Numbered from the whole stretch's first letter, positions 23,366 through 36,910 are shown. The stretch is DNA of 57,591 nucleotides, filler included, from Sphacelaria rigidula (GCA_964200075.2; 6 parts of 6 records of this genome joined end to end with filler, not necessarily neighbours in it), one strand, 5' to 3'. Notes: generated from the sequence alone by a model not told the origin. Numbers and translations are program-made.

Positions 23366-25271
23366 TGTTGGAAACAGGTGGAGTACTGTAAATCCTTCTA
23401 CTGTTGTTACTCGTGACAGCGTTTGGCGTGATTTTTCCTCAGAAGATGGAGCGAATGCTTTGCGGAATCTTTACTTTGTGTTTGCTTCCGTCTCAGATCT
23501 TCTTGACCGTTTGTTTGGATGGTGGGTGTCGTTGCGGGATGTGCATCGTCTTTGGCACTGAAGAAACTCTCGTGATACAAAAAGAACCACCAACTGTACT
23601 GTATCGGCATGTAACTGATGTGCGTCAAGAATGGGTCACAAAATCGTCGCGCGAAAATTCAAGCGAAATTTTATCAGAGGTATCAACATGATTTCTCCAA
23701 AAAAGCCGAACGTAGAACTAAAACAATTTGTTAGGTGATTCAGCGCCATTTTTCCCCAGGGTACAAAAGTAGCACGAGTAGTTCAAGGCATTGTCGATTG
23801 TCACATTTCGAAAAGTCTTTCTGTGCTTTTCCGAGAGGGTTTCAGCGCCCTTTCCGACCTTTCCGTACGTCCCCTTCGACTTCTAGCCGATAATTTTAGC
23901 CTTTTTTTGGTCACTTGCGAAACCATTTTCGTGAACAGGGCGACAAACTATTTATTCGGCCAAAAGTCGAACCGGGCGCACGAAAGTTCGAACAAGTGGG
24001 CTAGAATCCTCCCAAAAAAAACAGTGGCAATTCTCAATGAGGTGGCATAATCGGCCGAACCACGTACGCCAGCGGAAATCGGCACTGAATCATCAAACAG
24101 GCTTTTTCGGAGAGATTGTTCGTTGAACACGAGCAAGCGGCTTCATACGATTTACCAATCCCTCGCTTCCATGCCAAGCAACGACCCCGTGAAGTGAACA
24201 AGATGATATTGCCTGCACGTGTATGTCGGTCCGAGCTACAGTCAGTGAAATCTTCTTGACCTCCCTGTGAAACGGCGAGGCAGTTGGAAAGACCACGGTG
24301 CCATTGACCGGTAGCCATGTACTGGAATTATCCATCAAAATTAGAGAGTTTCGGGGGAAACAAATTCCGAGCATATTCGTAGTGCAGAATGGAAGCGTTA
24401 AAACTTCACTTCATATTGGAAGGTGATATGACGTGGGTTGACGTGGATTTTTTCGATCGCAGTAATCAGCCGCAGGTTCTACCGACTCATGAGTACCTCG
24501 AAAACAGACGTATGGACCAATGCGCATCGGTACAGGGGACTTACGATAGCGCACCTACTGCATTGTTGAAATTGTTACGGTTACCACACAGTGCTGCTAC
24601 TGAGAGTAGTCAAGGTACATTCCAGTACGGTGCAGTAGAGTACAGGGCAATGCAAGCTCGATTGTAGACTGCCGCGGCACAAATGGATCAAAGTGGGTTA
24701 TGTACTGTAGCAGACGGTAGCTACAGAGGAGCGTATGACTGTACAAATTGTACGGTGCACAAGTGCATTGCAGTGGTAATTACAGTACGTCCAACTGAAT
24801 AACAGGGCAAGCCGCAAGTACCCGACGTCGCATCATGGCGTCACCCTAAATCACGGCAGGCTTCGCTACATTCATCAGCAGTGCAGCACTGCCTCGGTGT
24901 AATTTCCTAAGTTTTTTTTTTTAATTTTGAGGAGTTAAGCAGGCCATGACTCTGAAACAGATAAATGCTCTCTACTTAAATCAAGTTGCGCACTTCAATG
25001 CACATGTTACCCCGCGGGCGCGGAGCCCTGCTGGCAGGTAACTTTTGCGACTAGATGGGGTTTATTTTTTTCGCTAGCAGGTTGTCTTATTTCGCTTGCA
25101 CGGGCAGTTCTACGCCCGCTGTGCGATCGCCAACCCACACGCATCCTCTTTTTAGGATCCCATATTTACTTTAGAATATCGAATCATCTGCAAAGTATAG
25201 GTTCAGCACCGAACACTCCACGTTATCCTTTGCCTTGCGTACCGCTCCATTGAGCGGGGGCGCGAAGCGCC

Positions 25272-25492
25272 AAAAACCTTGTACATAATATAGGAGTTAC
25301 ATTTCGGCTCATTTTGAAGCCCTGCAGACAGGTGCACTTTTGCTGTATTCTTCACTTGATTTTAAAGTACATGTATTTCGGGGCCATTTCGTTCTTTGAA
25401 GCTCTGAGAAGCCAGCATTTTTCTTTACTTGATTTTAGAGAACATTTTTCGCTGATTATACGTATCAGTCTCTTCGCTTGCATTCCGCTGGG
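25272..25492. repeat. Diverged direct repeat; second copy at ~26568-26803, partial third at ~27222-27283
   Basis: Shared AGTTACATTTCG...CAGACAGGTGCACTTTTGC...GAAGCTCTGAGAAGCCAGCATT...TTTTCGCTGATTATAC. Confidence 0.7.
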
Positions 25493-26879
25493 CCTCAGGA
25501 TTTGTTCCGGTTCCGCTTTCCGCGTTCGGAGTACGTACACTCTACGCGCTTTCCGCGCTGTGTGGGGTGGGGGTGGTGGTTCCGTTTGCTACTGTGCGAT
25601 GGGTTCGGTTTGACCGTGCGAGATGCCACCTCTCGACCGACCCCACGCATACCACTGTTTGGCATGAGGCGCCAAAATTGTTTCCGGATCGTTTCTCAAC
25701 TTGAAACTTGAATTGCATCATGATTGAATTAGCGTCAAAGCCAGTTGAGTCGTACATTTTTCATCATCACGAGGCGCCTGAAAATCGCCCAAAAACACTT
25801 GCATTTCGCTAGGCATTAGATTGTCACGTTGCGGGTATTGTGTGCTACTTCACCGTCACGTTGCCACGTTGTGGGTATTGTGTGCTCCTTCACCGCCACG
25901 TTGCATCTTGTATGCCTTTTTCGTTTCTGTTCCTGAACCCTGTTTCGTACGATGGGTTTCTGTCTGTGATGTGGGATCTGTGGTTAAGCGTGTTTTGGGG
26001 GTGATCGGTCCCTACTGTTCGTCGATCGTATGCATTACATGTTGTGTTTCTCATATATATAAATATATAGAACGTTGCGGGTATTGCCTGCTTATCGTGA
26101 TGTAGGATTGGAAATGTCGATAGTCACTGCGGTTACGGGTGTTTTTGCGGTGCAATAGTACTGAACTCATGGTTGCGAACACTAGTGTGTATCCCTCTTG
26201 TGTGGTCGGGTGACCACGCGGCGCAATAATATTGGGCTAATGGTACGAGCGTCCCCAGGTGTGTGTTCGTCAACGGTGGACGGTGTTTCCTGTTCGTTGC
26301 TGTGGGTGGAAAAAGTGAATGCGTGTCTCCGTGTGTGTTCTCCGACGGTAGAGGTTGTCCTTTACCCGTACCTGTAGGTCCGATTATCAAAAACCAATAA
26401 ACCTCTTTTTCATATCCTGCGCCCGGGTCATGTGTCACGATACATACACGGCTGAAAATGCTCTACTTCACCCTATGAACTGTGCTGTTACGCAATGCGA
26501 GCAACGATGACCAGTTTTCGTGTACCTTGGCTGTCGATCTCTTTGATCGTGGCGGCGTAAGTCACCGAAACCCTTGTATATGATGACATCATATACAAGT
26601 TACATTTCGCTCATTTTCAAGCCCGGCAGACAGGTGCACTTTTGCGGTATTTCTTCACTTGGTTTCAGAGTACACATCTTCCGGGGCCATTTCGTTATAT
26701 GAAGCTCTGAAGCTCTGAGAAGCCAGCATTCTCTCTTCACTTGAGTTTAGAGTACACGTTTTCGCTGATTATACATATCAGCCTCTTCGCTTGCATTTCG
26801 CTGGACAGTAGTGTGCGTTCAGTTTTTACTTGACCGCAGAGTATGTTTGCTTTCTGCACTGTGTCCTGCATGACCTTAA

Positions 26880-26980
26880 CCCCTTGACCGCGAGTGTAGG
26901 TCACTTTCTGAATCAGCATCAATTTCACTTGAAAAAAGTATGCGTGATCCACATGGACTACCCGCATCGCGGTCTGAGGG
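26880..26980. mobile_element. Intact solo ~100-bp piggyBac-type MITE with perfect TTAA target-site duplication
   Basis: TTAA|CCCCTTGACCGCGA...TCGCGGTCTGAGGG|TTAA, with TTAA at 26876-26879 and 26981-26984. Same family as array units 21232 and 21938. Confidence 0.85.
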
Positions 26981-28748
26981 TTAAGGCTGTGTTCTATATG
27001 GTATCAGGGCTTGGGTTGCCATGCATTTCCTGTCTACGCCTTCGCGGACTCTTCGACCGTCGGGGGTGCCACCATCCACCTCGAACGCTCATCGGTGGAA
27101 TCGGCATTGATTTCACTTGAAAATACAGAATCGGCATCATATTTATTTGACACTCACAAGACACGAAATCAATACTGGTACCGCCTGCATCCAACACCTC
27201 GAGCGTGTTTTGATACGGGAGTCTTTACTTTATTTTAGAATGCAACTTTTCGCTGATACACCTCCGCTTGCATCTCGCTGGACATGAGAATGCGTTTTGG
27301 GGCCTGCTTGAGTCTGGAGTACAATTGCCTTCCGTACTGTGTTCTGCATGGTGTCAGGGCGTTATGACGTCGCGATGTGTTCCGTGTGATGCATTTCCCC
27401 TCTCGACGTCCGGGACCCTTCCAAGAACTGACTCGGAATCATTTTTCGGGTCGTTTCTCATTGGATTCTGAACAGATTTATACGAAGACGATGAGCACCG
27501 TGCTCAAGTGATGAGCAACAACGACGTTTTATTCAAAGTATGGCCTGTGCCACTACGCAAAGCACGCAATTATCACCGGTTCGCGCGCGGCTCACACACA
27601 TCATCCTTTCTCATTCAATTCTGATCAAATTAGTGCAAAGTCACACACAGCTCAGGTGATGAGCAGCTACGGCAAGTGCTTTGTGGTTCTTGTTTTTACG
27701 GTGGCAATGCGTTCCCTAGGTTCACCTGTGATGGATGCACGGTTCGGACAGACTTTCGCCGGTTCGAATCGCCAAATCCACGATTTCTCAGGCCTGATTG
27801 CTCGAAAGAGAACAAAAAAAAATGACGACCGCTGGTCAAGAAGGTCTCTACGAAATTTTAGCGCCATTCCACGTGCCTGGGCTGCGCGTACCTGGCTTGC
27901 AACGCTGAAAGTAAAGCCCATGGATTGGTTCGTACGGTACGAATCAACCACAATAAAATCAAGTATTTTCGAGATGAATCATGGATTCGTCCGACGCTTG
28001 GATGGATGGTCATTTGTGGAACCGGCATCATTTCGACTAAAAACCTGAGTAGGCATCATGTTGAGTGCCGCAACGCAACGCGCGCAATCATCGCCAGTTC
28101 TCGCGCGTCTCACACAGATCACCACTTCTCTTTGAATCCTGAACAAATTCATGCAAGGTCACGCACAGCTCAGGTGATGAGCAGCTACAGCTCGACCTGT
28201 GTGTTTTCGTTTTTGCGGGGCCAATGAGTTCTCGAGGTTCGCCCTTGATGGAGTTGGATTTTTTCATCAAGTGTCAAGTCTTTGCATGTGTCCCTGTGAA
28301 CGAGACACCTATGTTCTACCTCTTCAGACTACAAACGGGAAAAGTGTTCATTTTTGGAAGCGACATCATTTTCAAAAATAAATCGTCACGCATATGCTCA
28401 GCTAGTGAGCAGCTACGATCTCTTCCCCAAACTATGACCTTTGCTATTACGCAGTGCACACAGCTATCACCGGTGCCCATGTATCTTGGCCGTCGATCCA
28501 CTGATCGTGGCGGCAAAGCCGCCTCTTATATATATATATATATACATCGTGGATGGTTGTGGATATTTGAAAACACACACAACAAAAGTGGAACACTTTC
28601 TTTGTCGCCATGCGGATAATAATAATACCCCGAACATTTTCTTTCCGTCATGTACTTTTGACAGATCTGGCGTTTGTTGTTTGTTTGTTTGTTTTGTCTT
28701 TCTTTCTTTTCTCTCTCCGTTGAACTCGGGGGAGCTACTTCTCACCGG

Positions 28749-28848
28749 NNNNNNNNNNNNNNNNNNNNNNNNNNNNNNNNNNNNNNNNNNNNTTAATTAA
28801 TTAANNNNNNNNNNNNNNNNNNNNNNNNNNNNNNNNNNNNNNNNNNNN
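28749..28848. other. Artificial contig linker
   Basis: N44-TTAATTAATTAA-N44. Confidence 0.97.
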
Positions 28849-29180
28849 CCCCCCCCGGTATCGATCGAAGGCACTTGCGGACGGTACTTCCCTCGGCTTT
28901 TTGTCGCATACTGGCTAGCCCCCTCAAACCTCATTTCATTGATCAACCTCATTTTATAGAATCCCTTGTTGTCTGCTGTCTGTGGCGCTTATCTATACGA
29001 AGATGGATTCATCTCTGCCTCTTTGCTTGACCAGGAAGTGCTTCTGTGCCCAGTAAACCACGTCGTCGAGGAGGAGGGGTGATGTTTCCCTCATTGCTAC
29101 GGTTCACACACACACCCACATGTGAGCAAGAACAGTTCCGCCCTTGCGGCAAGATGTAATAGCCAGAAGCTGTGAAGTAA

Positions 29181-29591
29181 CAGAGGATTCTATAAAATGA
29201 GGTTCATCAATGAAATGAGGTTTGAGCTCAAAACAGTACTTTCTCCACGCTTTCAGCGATGGTGCCCAATGACGTTCTTGTCGGTCTAATGCCCCTCGAT
29301 CGCGTAGATGCTTCTTCAGCGCATTTTATCGACTCTATGAGCTTACAGCGCTGTCCGAAACCGCCGTTTCTACTCAGTTTTTAGAGGGGGTGATATCAGG
29401 GAAAACAGCAGTTTCGGTCAGCGCTGTAAGCTCACAGAGACGGTAAAATACGCTGAAGAAGTATCTACGCGATCGAGGGGCATTAGGCCGACAAGAACGT
29501 CATTGGGCACCATCGCTGACAGCGTGGAGGAAGTACTGTTTTGAGCTCGAACCTCATTTCATTGGTGAACCTCATTTTATAGAATCATCTG
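29181..29591. mobile_element. Almost fully palindromic ~410-bp MITE (arms ~190 bp)
   Basis: CAGAGGATTCTATAAAATGAGG...CCTCATTTTATAGAATCATCTG. Further copies of the arm at ~28925-28966 and ~57367-57575. Confidence 0.85.
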
Positions 29592-29824
29592 TCAAGTGTT
29601 TTTGTAGTCGTCGATTTCTCCCGACGTCTGCAAAACAAGGACACCAGCCTACCTAATCCCAGTCTGGACGACGAATGCGTGAGATATCAAACATTCGTGT
29701 AGACCTGCTTGGTATGCGGAGTGAAAAGGGATGCCTCGTGTGGGTGACTTGGCTCTTGCTGGCGTGACCGACATGGGGGCTGACATCCTGTAGTGGCGCT
29801 TTTCTGCTGTACAGCCGGTCGCAT

Positions 29825-29825
<1 letters not shown>

Positions 29826-29859
<34 letters not shown>
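29826..29859. repeat. (GT)n microsatellite
   Basis: Directly visible. Confidence 0.95.
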
Positions 29860-29861
<2 letters not shown>

Positions 29862-29917
29862 CCTGTCGCAAAATTTGTTATATGAGGAGAGTCATCCTAA
29901 GCTGAGGTGATATAGGG

Positions 29918-32500
29918 TTAGGAACAGGGATGTCCTACGAATACCCACGTGCCATTGCATTCGTGATCCGCAAAGTTATGCGCTGACCAGGAAGGTCTCG
30001 CCTGTGAACAGCTTTCGAGCAACGATAGTAGTAGGCAGTAGGTCCAGCCCGGAAGATTCCTGAAATCTCGTACAGTAGCAGCACCGACATTGACTAGGGC
30101 TGTAAAGATTAAACAGTTCCACTTTTCCAACTCATCCCACACAATGTAAATGACTCTAAAGAGCTGCGGGAAAGTGGCCGCTTTGGGTTCGGTCAAACGC
30201 GCGAAGATACTGTCGAACAGCAATACCAAGCTATATCGGGATTAACATGAATCGATCAGCATTGAACCGGAGTGACATGGACAGCTTTACGTTCTGAACA
30301 GAAACATATGCACCTGAAGCAGTTTGCATATGAAAAAACGCGGATTTTCATCAGGAGAAACTTTCTTTGACCCCGCGATAGTTAGTACAGACAGTAGAGC
30401 AACGAAATCTAGCTTTAACGGGGTTTGTCAGGCGTACCGCCGCCAGCGTCGCTTGAAAGCCACAAGACCGTTCCGGCCGGCGGTTGACGGGGCCGGTCTC
30501 AAATGCAACGACAAGTGGTTGATCATAGAGCACTCTTGCACCTCGTGAAACATATCTCGCCGCAGCTTGTAATGAATGACCTCCTCACGTGGGAATTATC
30601 GAAAGCCACCACGACACACGCAGCAGGTGGGTGAGTGCTCCTGATCACAGCATTGAGGCACCCCCATGTGCCACACCAGTAACATCTAGGTCACCACCAT
30701 AGGTGTCTTTTTCATTCCGCATCACAAGAAGGTCTCCACGAGTGTTCGATCTCTCATATACTCCCCCAACTGGCGTGTGGCACGCTCTTGTCGTCGCGCA
30801 CACACGGGTACACATGTCGGGTAATACCAACGATGAATAACACACCCCAAGTTTAAATTGGATCTGTTATTGCCGCAGTACCGTCCTTGCTGACATGTAT
30901 GTGACAGAGAACAAAAGCGGTGACGGGAACATCGCCCTGTTTTTGAACGATGTGTTTTGTAGCGCACAAAGGCGCGTCCTATGCCACAAGAGAGGTAGAG
31001 AGGAATCGACCCTAACCCTAACCCTAACCCTATAACCCTAACCCGAACCCTAACCCTAGTCCTGTCTAACACGGGAGATTGGGCACATGCTGGTAACATG
31101 CATGATGCCAGTCTCTCGAGCGAGTGGGAATCGCCGAGCGAGGACGCACACAGGGTACGAGCGATGAGCTTCCTCTCTGCCGAGACTCCTCCGGTGGTAT
31201 CGTCATCGACACGCGTCTTCACCGCATTCGTCCGGTGCACCTAGCCACAAATGCTTGACTGCTGCAGATTTGTTGGGTACAAGATGGTTTCCCTTGGTGC
31301 AACTGTTTCGCGCCATTCCTGCAAAAAACGTATGCCACTTGAACCCCATATCAGTGTTCAACCTCAAACCTCAGAACCGGCTGTCAGACGACAACCGGGG
31401 CATCCCGCGATCTTGTTTTCGCGGCTGTGCTACAATGACACGCCTTCCGACGCATGGCAACCTGGGTATGTGCTGATCCTATTAACACGATGCCAATCTC
31501 TCCAGCGATTGGGAATCGCCGGATGAGGATAAACAAAGGACATCAACGAGGAGCATCCTCTCCGCCCTTGCTCCTCTGGTGATATCGCCATCGACACGCG
31601 TGTACAGGGCCTTCATTTGGTGCACCTGACCACATCGGCGTAACTGCAACAGAAACTCTGGTTGCAGAAATGCTTTTCTGTGGTGATACTGTATGGCATG
31701 GATCCTCGATTTTTCGAAGGCGAGTTGAACCTCATTTTGGTGTTGGATCCCATTGTTGAGGATCAACTGTTGAGTGTGTTTTTGATCCGAAACGGTCAAT
31801 GACACCCCGTGAAACCGCCCGTAAGTCGCTTGCATAATGAGCTCAAAGACGATATCGTTCTGGGATGTAGAGCGGACGCCCAGTATCTGTCGATCACCAA
31901 ATTTTGGAAACAGACGTTCGCTGGGATGAGCAGTGGCGCGCGAAACAAATAATAAAAAACACCGAATATGAAGAAGTAAGGAAAAAATCTCATTCAGCTG
32001 GAGCCTACTGTAGGTCAGTTACGCTACCCAGCTTTCAGCTTCCATTGTGGACGACTTTCCATTTGTGCCTTTCATGTAACGCGTGTGGTTCATGGAGTCC
32101 AATCCCGGGGATTTCGTCGGCACTTTCGACACGGTGTATCTAATGGGGTAGTCAACCACGTTCCTGAGTGATGTCGAGATTTCCCCCCATCCCCTCCCCC
32201 GACCAGTCCCAAAGCCATCCCGGAAACAAAGCCGTAGAGCGCATGATAGCTAGTGTAAGGCTGAAGAGGTCCATGTAAGCGACATTGTCAAAAATAATCC
32301 CAAGCACGAGAGTTCCCGGAGTAAAGCTACGGCAGGGGTGCAATGCTTGCTCAAACTCTTGTCTGGTTCAGGGGCTCCTAACGATTGTAGATACTCTAGA
32401 ATATCAGTCAGAACATCCCCATTTGCAAATTTATTGTGGATGTCCCTAGCACATTGAAATAACATTCCTGTCGTACTCTCACATATGTCGTAAGTCGTGT
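29918..32500 (-). pseudogene. Decayed transposon ORF, probably KDZ (Kyakuja-Dileera-Zisupton)-type; homologous to 39740-41700
   Basis: ~30440-31360 aligns by eye with ~40725-41670. Internal duplication 31100-31250 / 31488-31640. Many stops and frameshifts. The family is inferred from motifs in the contig-5 copy. Confidence 0.45.
31010..31058 (-). repeat. Interstitial telomere-type (TTAGGG)n tract, about 8 imperfect units
   Basis: CCCTAACCCTAACCCTAACCCTATAACCCTAACCCGAACCCTAACCCTA. Confidence 0.85.
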
Positions 32501-32758
32501 TTTGGATGAGATAAAGGGCTCCTAACAGTTATAACCTCGAATATATATGTGCACCCCTATCGTAGCATCCCCCCCCAGCTGTTCGGTGTGCTCGGCTCTT
32601 GCCCTTTTATTCGCATATAGATTTTGCCACTTCAAACCAGCCGAATGTTTTGGCCGGGGGTGGAAGGGGGGTTCTCATTCGTTGCTTGCCTCTAGTTATT
32701 TGACCATTGACAATGCATCCCTTTCGAGACGGTGCAATTCTCTGGGGAGGTGTACTCC

Positions 32759-32868
32759 CACGGGTGGCCACTGGGGTCCCTGTAACCTCAAATTTGGACG
32801 TTAGAGATCTTGTGCAATGTCTGTGACGTCCAAATTCGAGGTTGCAGACATCCCAGTGGCCACCCGTG
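32759..32868. repeat. 110-bp imperfect hairpin (mini-MITE or small-RNA precursor-like)
   Basis: CACGGGTGGCCACTGGG...AACCTCAAATTTGGACGT pairs with ACGTCCAAATTCGAGGTT...CCCAGTGGCCACCCGTG. Confidence 0.75.
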
Positions 32869-32879
32869 CATAATCTTGT

Positions 32880-33235
32880 ATGCCATACTCATCTGACCAT
32901 TAGCATCGCATCCCTACACAGCCGGGACGGAGCACGAAGGGTTTTCGTCTGATCAGGCTCGCAATCAATCACCAAGCGCGAAGCACCGTGGTGTGCTCGG
33001 CCAATTGCATAAAGGGTAAGCTGCACCCTGCTGAGATTGTTCCGCTCAAAGCGTACTGATAGGTGTGCGTTTGGATGTGAGCCCCCAATGAGTTACTTCA
33101 TTTTCTGGTATCGCTACTTCCAGAGACAGCCACGGGTTCCATGTTGCCCCGTAGCTGTCTCACCGTTCGAACACTACGTAGTACGATCATGCCCTTTGCG
33201 CAGAGTTGAGGTTCTCCCCCACCCAGCACAATATG
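32880..33235 (-). mobile_element. Diverged copy of the LINE-like family B 3' region
   Basis: Collinear with 5930-6280. Confidence 0.6.
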
Positions 33236-34649
33236 ATCTGGCTCCACCACCATCGTGGTTACTGCGCAAAAAATGCAAGCGTGCGAACAAATCGATAACC
33301 TGATTGTCTAGCTTACGCAGTAAGTGGCGTGTTTCACAGCGTCATTGCCAACGGACGCCAACCACAAAGGGGGGTCCGTTTCTACAAAGTCGTCACGGAG
33401 CACGCCGGGTTTTCGCCAGACCAGGTTCATAGCAATTCTCTGTATCTCACTTTACTAAATTGCGAAATGAAGTCTTTGTTGATTGAGAACCAGTCCCTTC
33501 AATTGCGCCGATACATTGATACATGAACTTTCAATACACGGCCATTTTTGGGGTTGTAGCTTGCAGTGCAACATTTCGTCAATTAAGCGTCGATGTATTT
33601 TTCGTCATGGGTATACCCCGCACACGAAGGTGGATACCACATTTGCATCTCAAAACCATTCGGTTTCAACGTGCGTCTGAGACGCAAAAACGACTGGCAA
33701 GCTCACATACCGTATCCGTCACTCGTTAGCCCTTTCGGAATCCTCCTCTCCTGTCCCCGGGCCAAACACCTCATTATGAGAAGCCCTGATAAAGAGGACA
33801 ATATGGAAGCAGAAAAAGTCGACGGCAACCATTTCATAATGGAAGACCGAAGAAGCATTCAGTAGCACACGCGGCGGGTGCAGGAAAAATACCCTCGCTG
33901 GAGGGGTCGGGTGAGGTTTGTCCAATCATACCACGCAACGGATGAAGTGTGTCCAATTGTATCCATCGACAATAATTAGCAAAACCGCTATGAAGCGTTG
34001 CATTAAAATATCAACAATGGGTTCCAGAGTCTGGTATGGCATATCGGTGAATGGGAAACCTCTCTCCGTTCCACTTGTCACTCGCACGGGTCCAAAAAAT
34101 ACGCATTGGGTGAACGTTGTTGCGTCTGAGTTGTAAGCCATTAAGCATATCTTGCTCAAAAACCATCAATTGCAAATTACCAATTTTCCATTGTGGGGTC
34201 CATAAGGGTTCATGGAAACAAAGTGCAACATATTGTCTGAATCAAGGATAATATAATTCTGGCGTAGAATTGGAAGCACGATGGGCTAACGCGGAACTTG
34301 GTTCGACTACCAGATCAATGCAAAACTCGGATTGCCATTTGTTTTCTTTAGACTACGATGTGGTCGTGGTGTTCAGTTATCAAGTAGGCTGGTTCAATGT
34401 TTGAGGCAACAGACGTGCATAGGTGGACACTTTACTCTCGTCGCCTGGTACACAAGACGGTACAGTCGCAACCGTGAACATTGGCGAACATGTCAGACCT
34501 TCGCAAGGCTTTGACCTTGTAAAGGTCGTACCTCATCTTGAGCATTTGAAATCTTCTGGAGGATTTTCAACATTGCGGTCTCCCTCGAGGACGTCTGCCA
34601 ATATCGAAATCCTCTGGATTGTTCCTGAAATCTCATTCTTGGTACAGCA

Positions 34650-35057
34650 TATTTGAAAGTTGATCAGCGCGGGAGCTGTTCGGGGTGTAACCTTGTTTTG
34701 CCCGATTTGAACAAAAGTGGAATTTTCAAACATGGAAAACCGAGGATTTACCCCGGGCAGCTTCTGCTGTGAAATCGCATACACTAGCATGCGGGTGACG
34801 TACAGCAAAGGATTCTCGGAAGGCCTCGTTTTGCCGACCAATCAACTGAAATTGGGCGAAAAAAGAACTTGCGAGCAGTCTCTCTGCTATACAAACCAGA
34901 CATACTATGCTGTTGCCAGCGTATGACACTCGTCTTACCTTCCAATCGAATCAGTTAGTCAGGACGGGAACTTTTCGACAGCTTCTTCTGTTGAAATTCC
35001 ATACATGGACTGCAAGTGCATGTCCCAACAGCAGTATTTGCATGTCCCAACAACAAC

Positions 35058-35108
<51 letters not shown>

Positions 35109-35455
35109 TCGGATTTGGACAGGAGGGAGGCTGCTCGCGAGTCTTTTTTTCGCCCAATTTCAGGTAGAATCGGTGGGAAAAACGAGGGCTTCCGACAAAC
35201 CTTTGCTGTACGTCACCCACATGCTAGTGTATGCGATTTCACAGCAGGGGCTGTCCGGGGTAAATCCTCGTTTTTTTCAATTTGGAATTAAGAAAGAACT
35301 TCTCCGACTTGGGAAAAACGAGGATTTCAAAATAGAAAGGACGATATAAATCCTCGATTTCCCCATTTTGGCATTTAAAAATAACAGAAATCCAGATTGG
35401 AGATATCGAGGATTCACCCCGAACAGCCCCCGCGCTGCACAATTTCCAAATATTT
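34650..35455. mobile_element. Foldback element with long imperfect inverted arms enclosing a (CAA)n tract (~35048-35108)
   Basis: 34736-34880 is the reverse complement of ~35130-35275. Outer CAGCGCGGGAGCTGTTCGGGGTG pairs with CACCCCGAACAGCCCCCGCGCTG. Confidence 0.75.
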
Positions 35456-36506
35456 CGTAGCAAGAATGGCATTTCAGGAACATGCAACGCAAAGAATTTC
35501 GATGTTGACACAATATATCAGACCCCATCATGATGTTCACTCACACAACAAGGTGCTGTGTCGAGCAACCTTCTACAACTCCCCACATCGTATGTGTGTA
35601 TATCTTAGACCTTTTCAGGGTGTTCACCCGCACAAGATGCTGTGTCGAGAGAACTTTTTCAAACCGTGCACATTGTCGAAGGTCATTTTGAGGCTTGTGG
35701 ACCTTCCAGAGGTGTTTACAGGGTCGTCGATCGGGTCTCCACTTTCCGAAGGTGTTCACAAAGTGCAGCAGAGTGTCCACCTGGGAGCTCCCTTCAAGCT
35801 CTTGGGTATGTGTATTTTGTGACGATGGCTGGATTCCCCTTGAAAACGTTATTTCGTGACAGTTGATCAATCAAATAATAAGCGATGATCAAGCGACTTA
35901 TCATTTAAATCAAGCCCCCAGGACCTGTTCTATTTGATACGGCAAACGATTCAACCTCAAAACTACGTCAACTCACGTAGCTCATGGGGACAAGGCGGCA
36001 ACTTTGGAAATTTACTGTACAAGAAATACCATTGTCCTTGCAAGGCGTGACAGAAGATAACTGTATGTGATCCCTCGTAATATGCACCACCTTGCCCCAA
36101 ATAAGAGAAGGTCGGTTCCACGCACTCGTTCGAGGAGATGGGGCTTCAAAGTATGACGATAAGTAATTATTATGTATGAATATATCATGCAGATCGTGGT
36201 TTGTACTTTCCATTGCATCACAAGGGCCAGACGACCACCAGTTCCCCTTGTACGTGACTTGTATACCACAAGCAACGCACCTAAAAAGGTTGGGTCGTGA
36301 AATTAGTAAAGCTGATAAAAATTCTCGTGCTCGTCCTTGCTGTGGCATTTACAAGCGCATTGCGTGAACTTCGTGTAAACTTGATTAGGGGCACTAGATC
36401 AAGACTGCTGCAAGAGTGTCGTGCTCAGCCGCTCACTCGCGTGAACTTAGGCCTACACATGTCCCACCGTTACCTGTCTGGAATGGATATGCTTCTTTAC
36501 CCACAG

Positions 36507-36731
36507 TGTTTCTGCGGCGTTAACGGCAACAGCTTCGATCGCCTCGGTGAATCCACAGCCTGCACAATGCCTTGCTCAGGGGACAGTAGTGAGACCTGTG
36601 GTGGGCGCAACGCCATCAGTGTTTACTACAGCGATTCTAACAGCAACACATACCTTGGATGCTACGCGGACGAGAAGGACAACCGCATAATGGAACAGGT
36701 CCTCACTGACACTGAGGGCATGACCATCATG
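36507..36731 (+). CDS. WSC-domain protein, internal exon (C-terminal half of one WSC repeat plus the start of the next)
   Basis: CAG|CFCGVNGNSFDRLGESTACTMPCSGDSSETCGGRNAISVY...TYLGCYADEKDNRIM...GMTIM|GTGAGC. Contains the WSC signatures CxCG, CxxxCxGDxxxxCGG and YLGCYxD; 225 nt, phases 0 and 0. Confidence 0.88.
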
Positions 36732-36910
36732 GTGAGCCCATCCGTCCATCTCGAAATAGTGTTGCTTCGAATCTGACGCTGGACTACCGTATCTGTCAAA
36801 CATTTGTCGTCAGTGCAGGCAAACAAACGCGACATTTCCGTTTTAGGCATCATTCACTGAGTAAAGGTTTTTCCGTCGCCTGATTTTGCTTCACCGCGAC
36901 TTTTCCCCAG

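Noticed and set aside
34907-35349. PolyQ, polyN or polyT protein ORFs
   Set aside because: These are translations of a (CAA)n microsatellite inside a foldback element.
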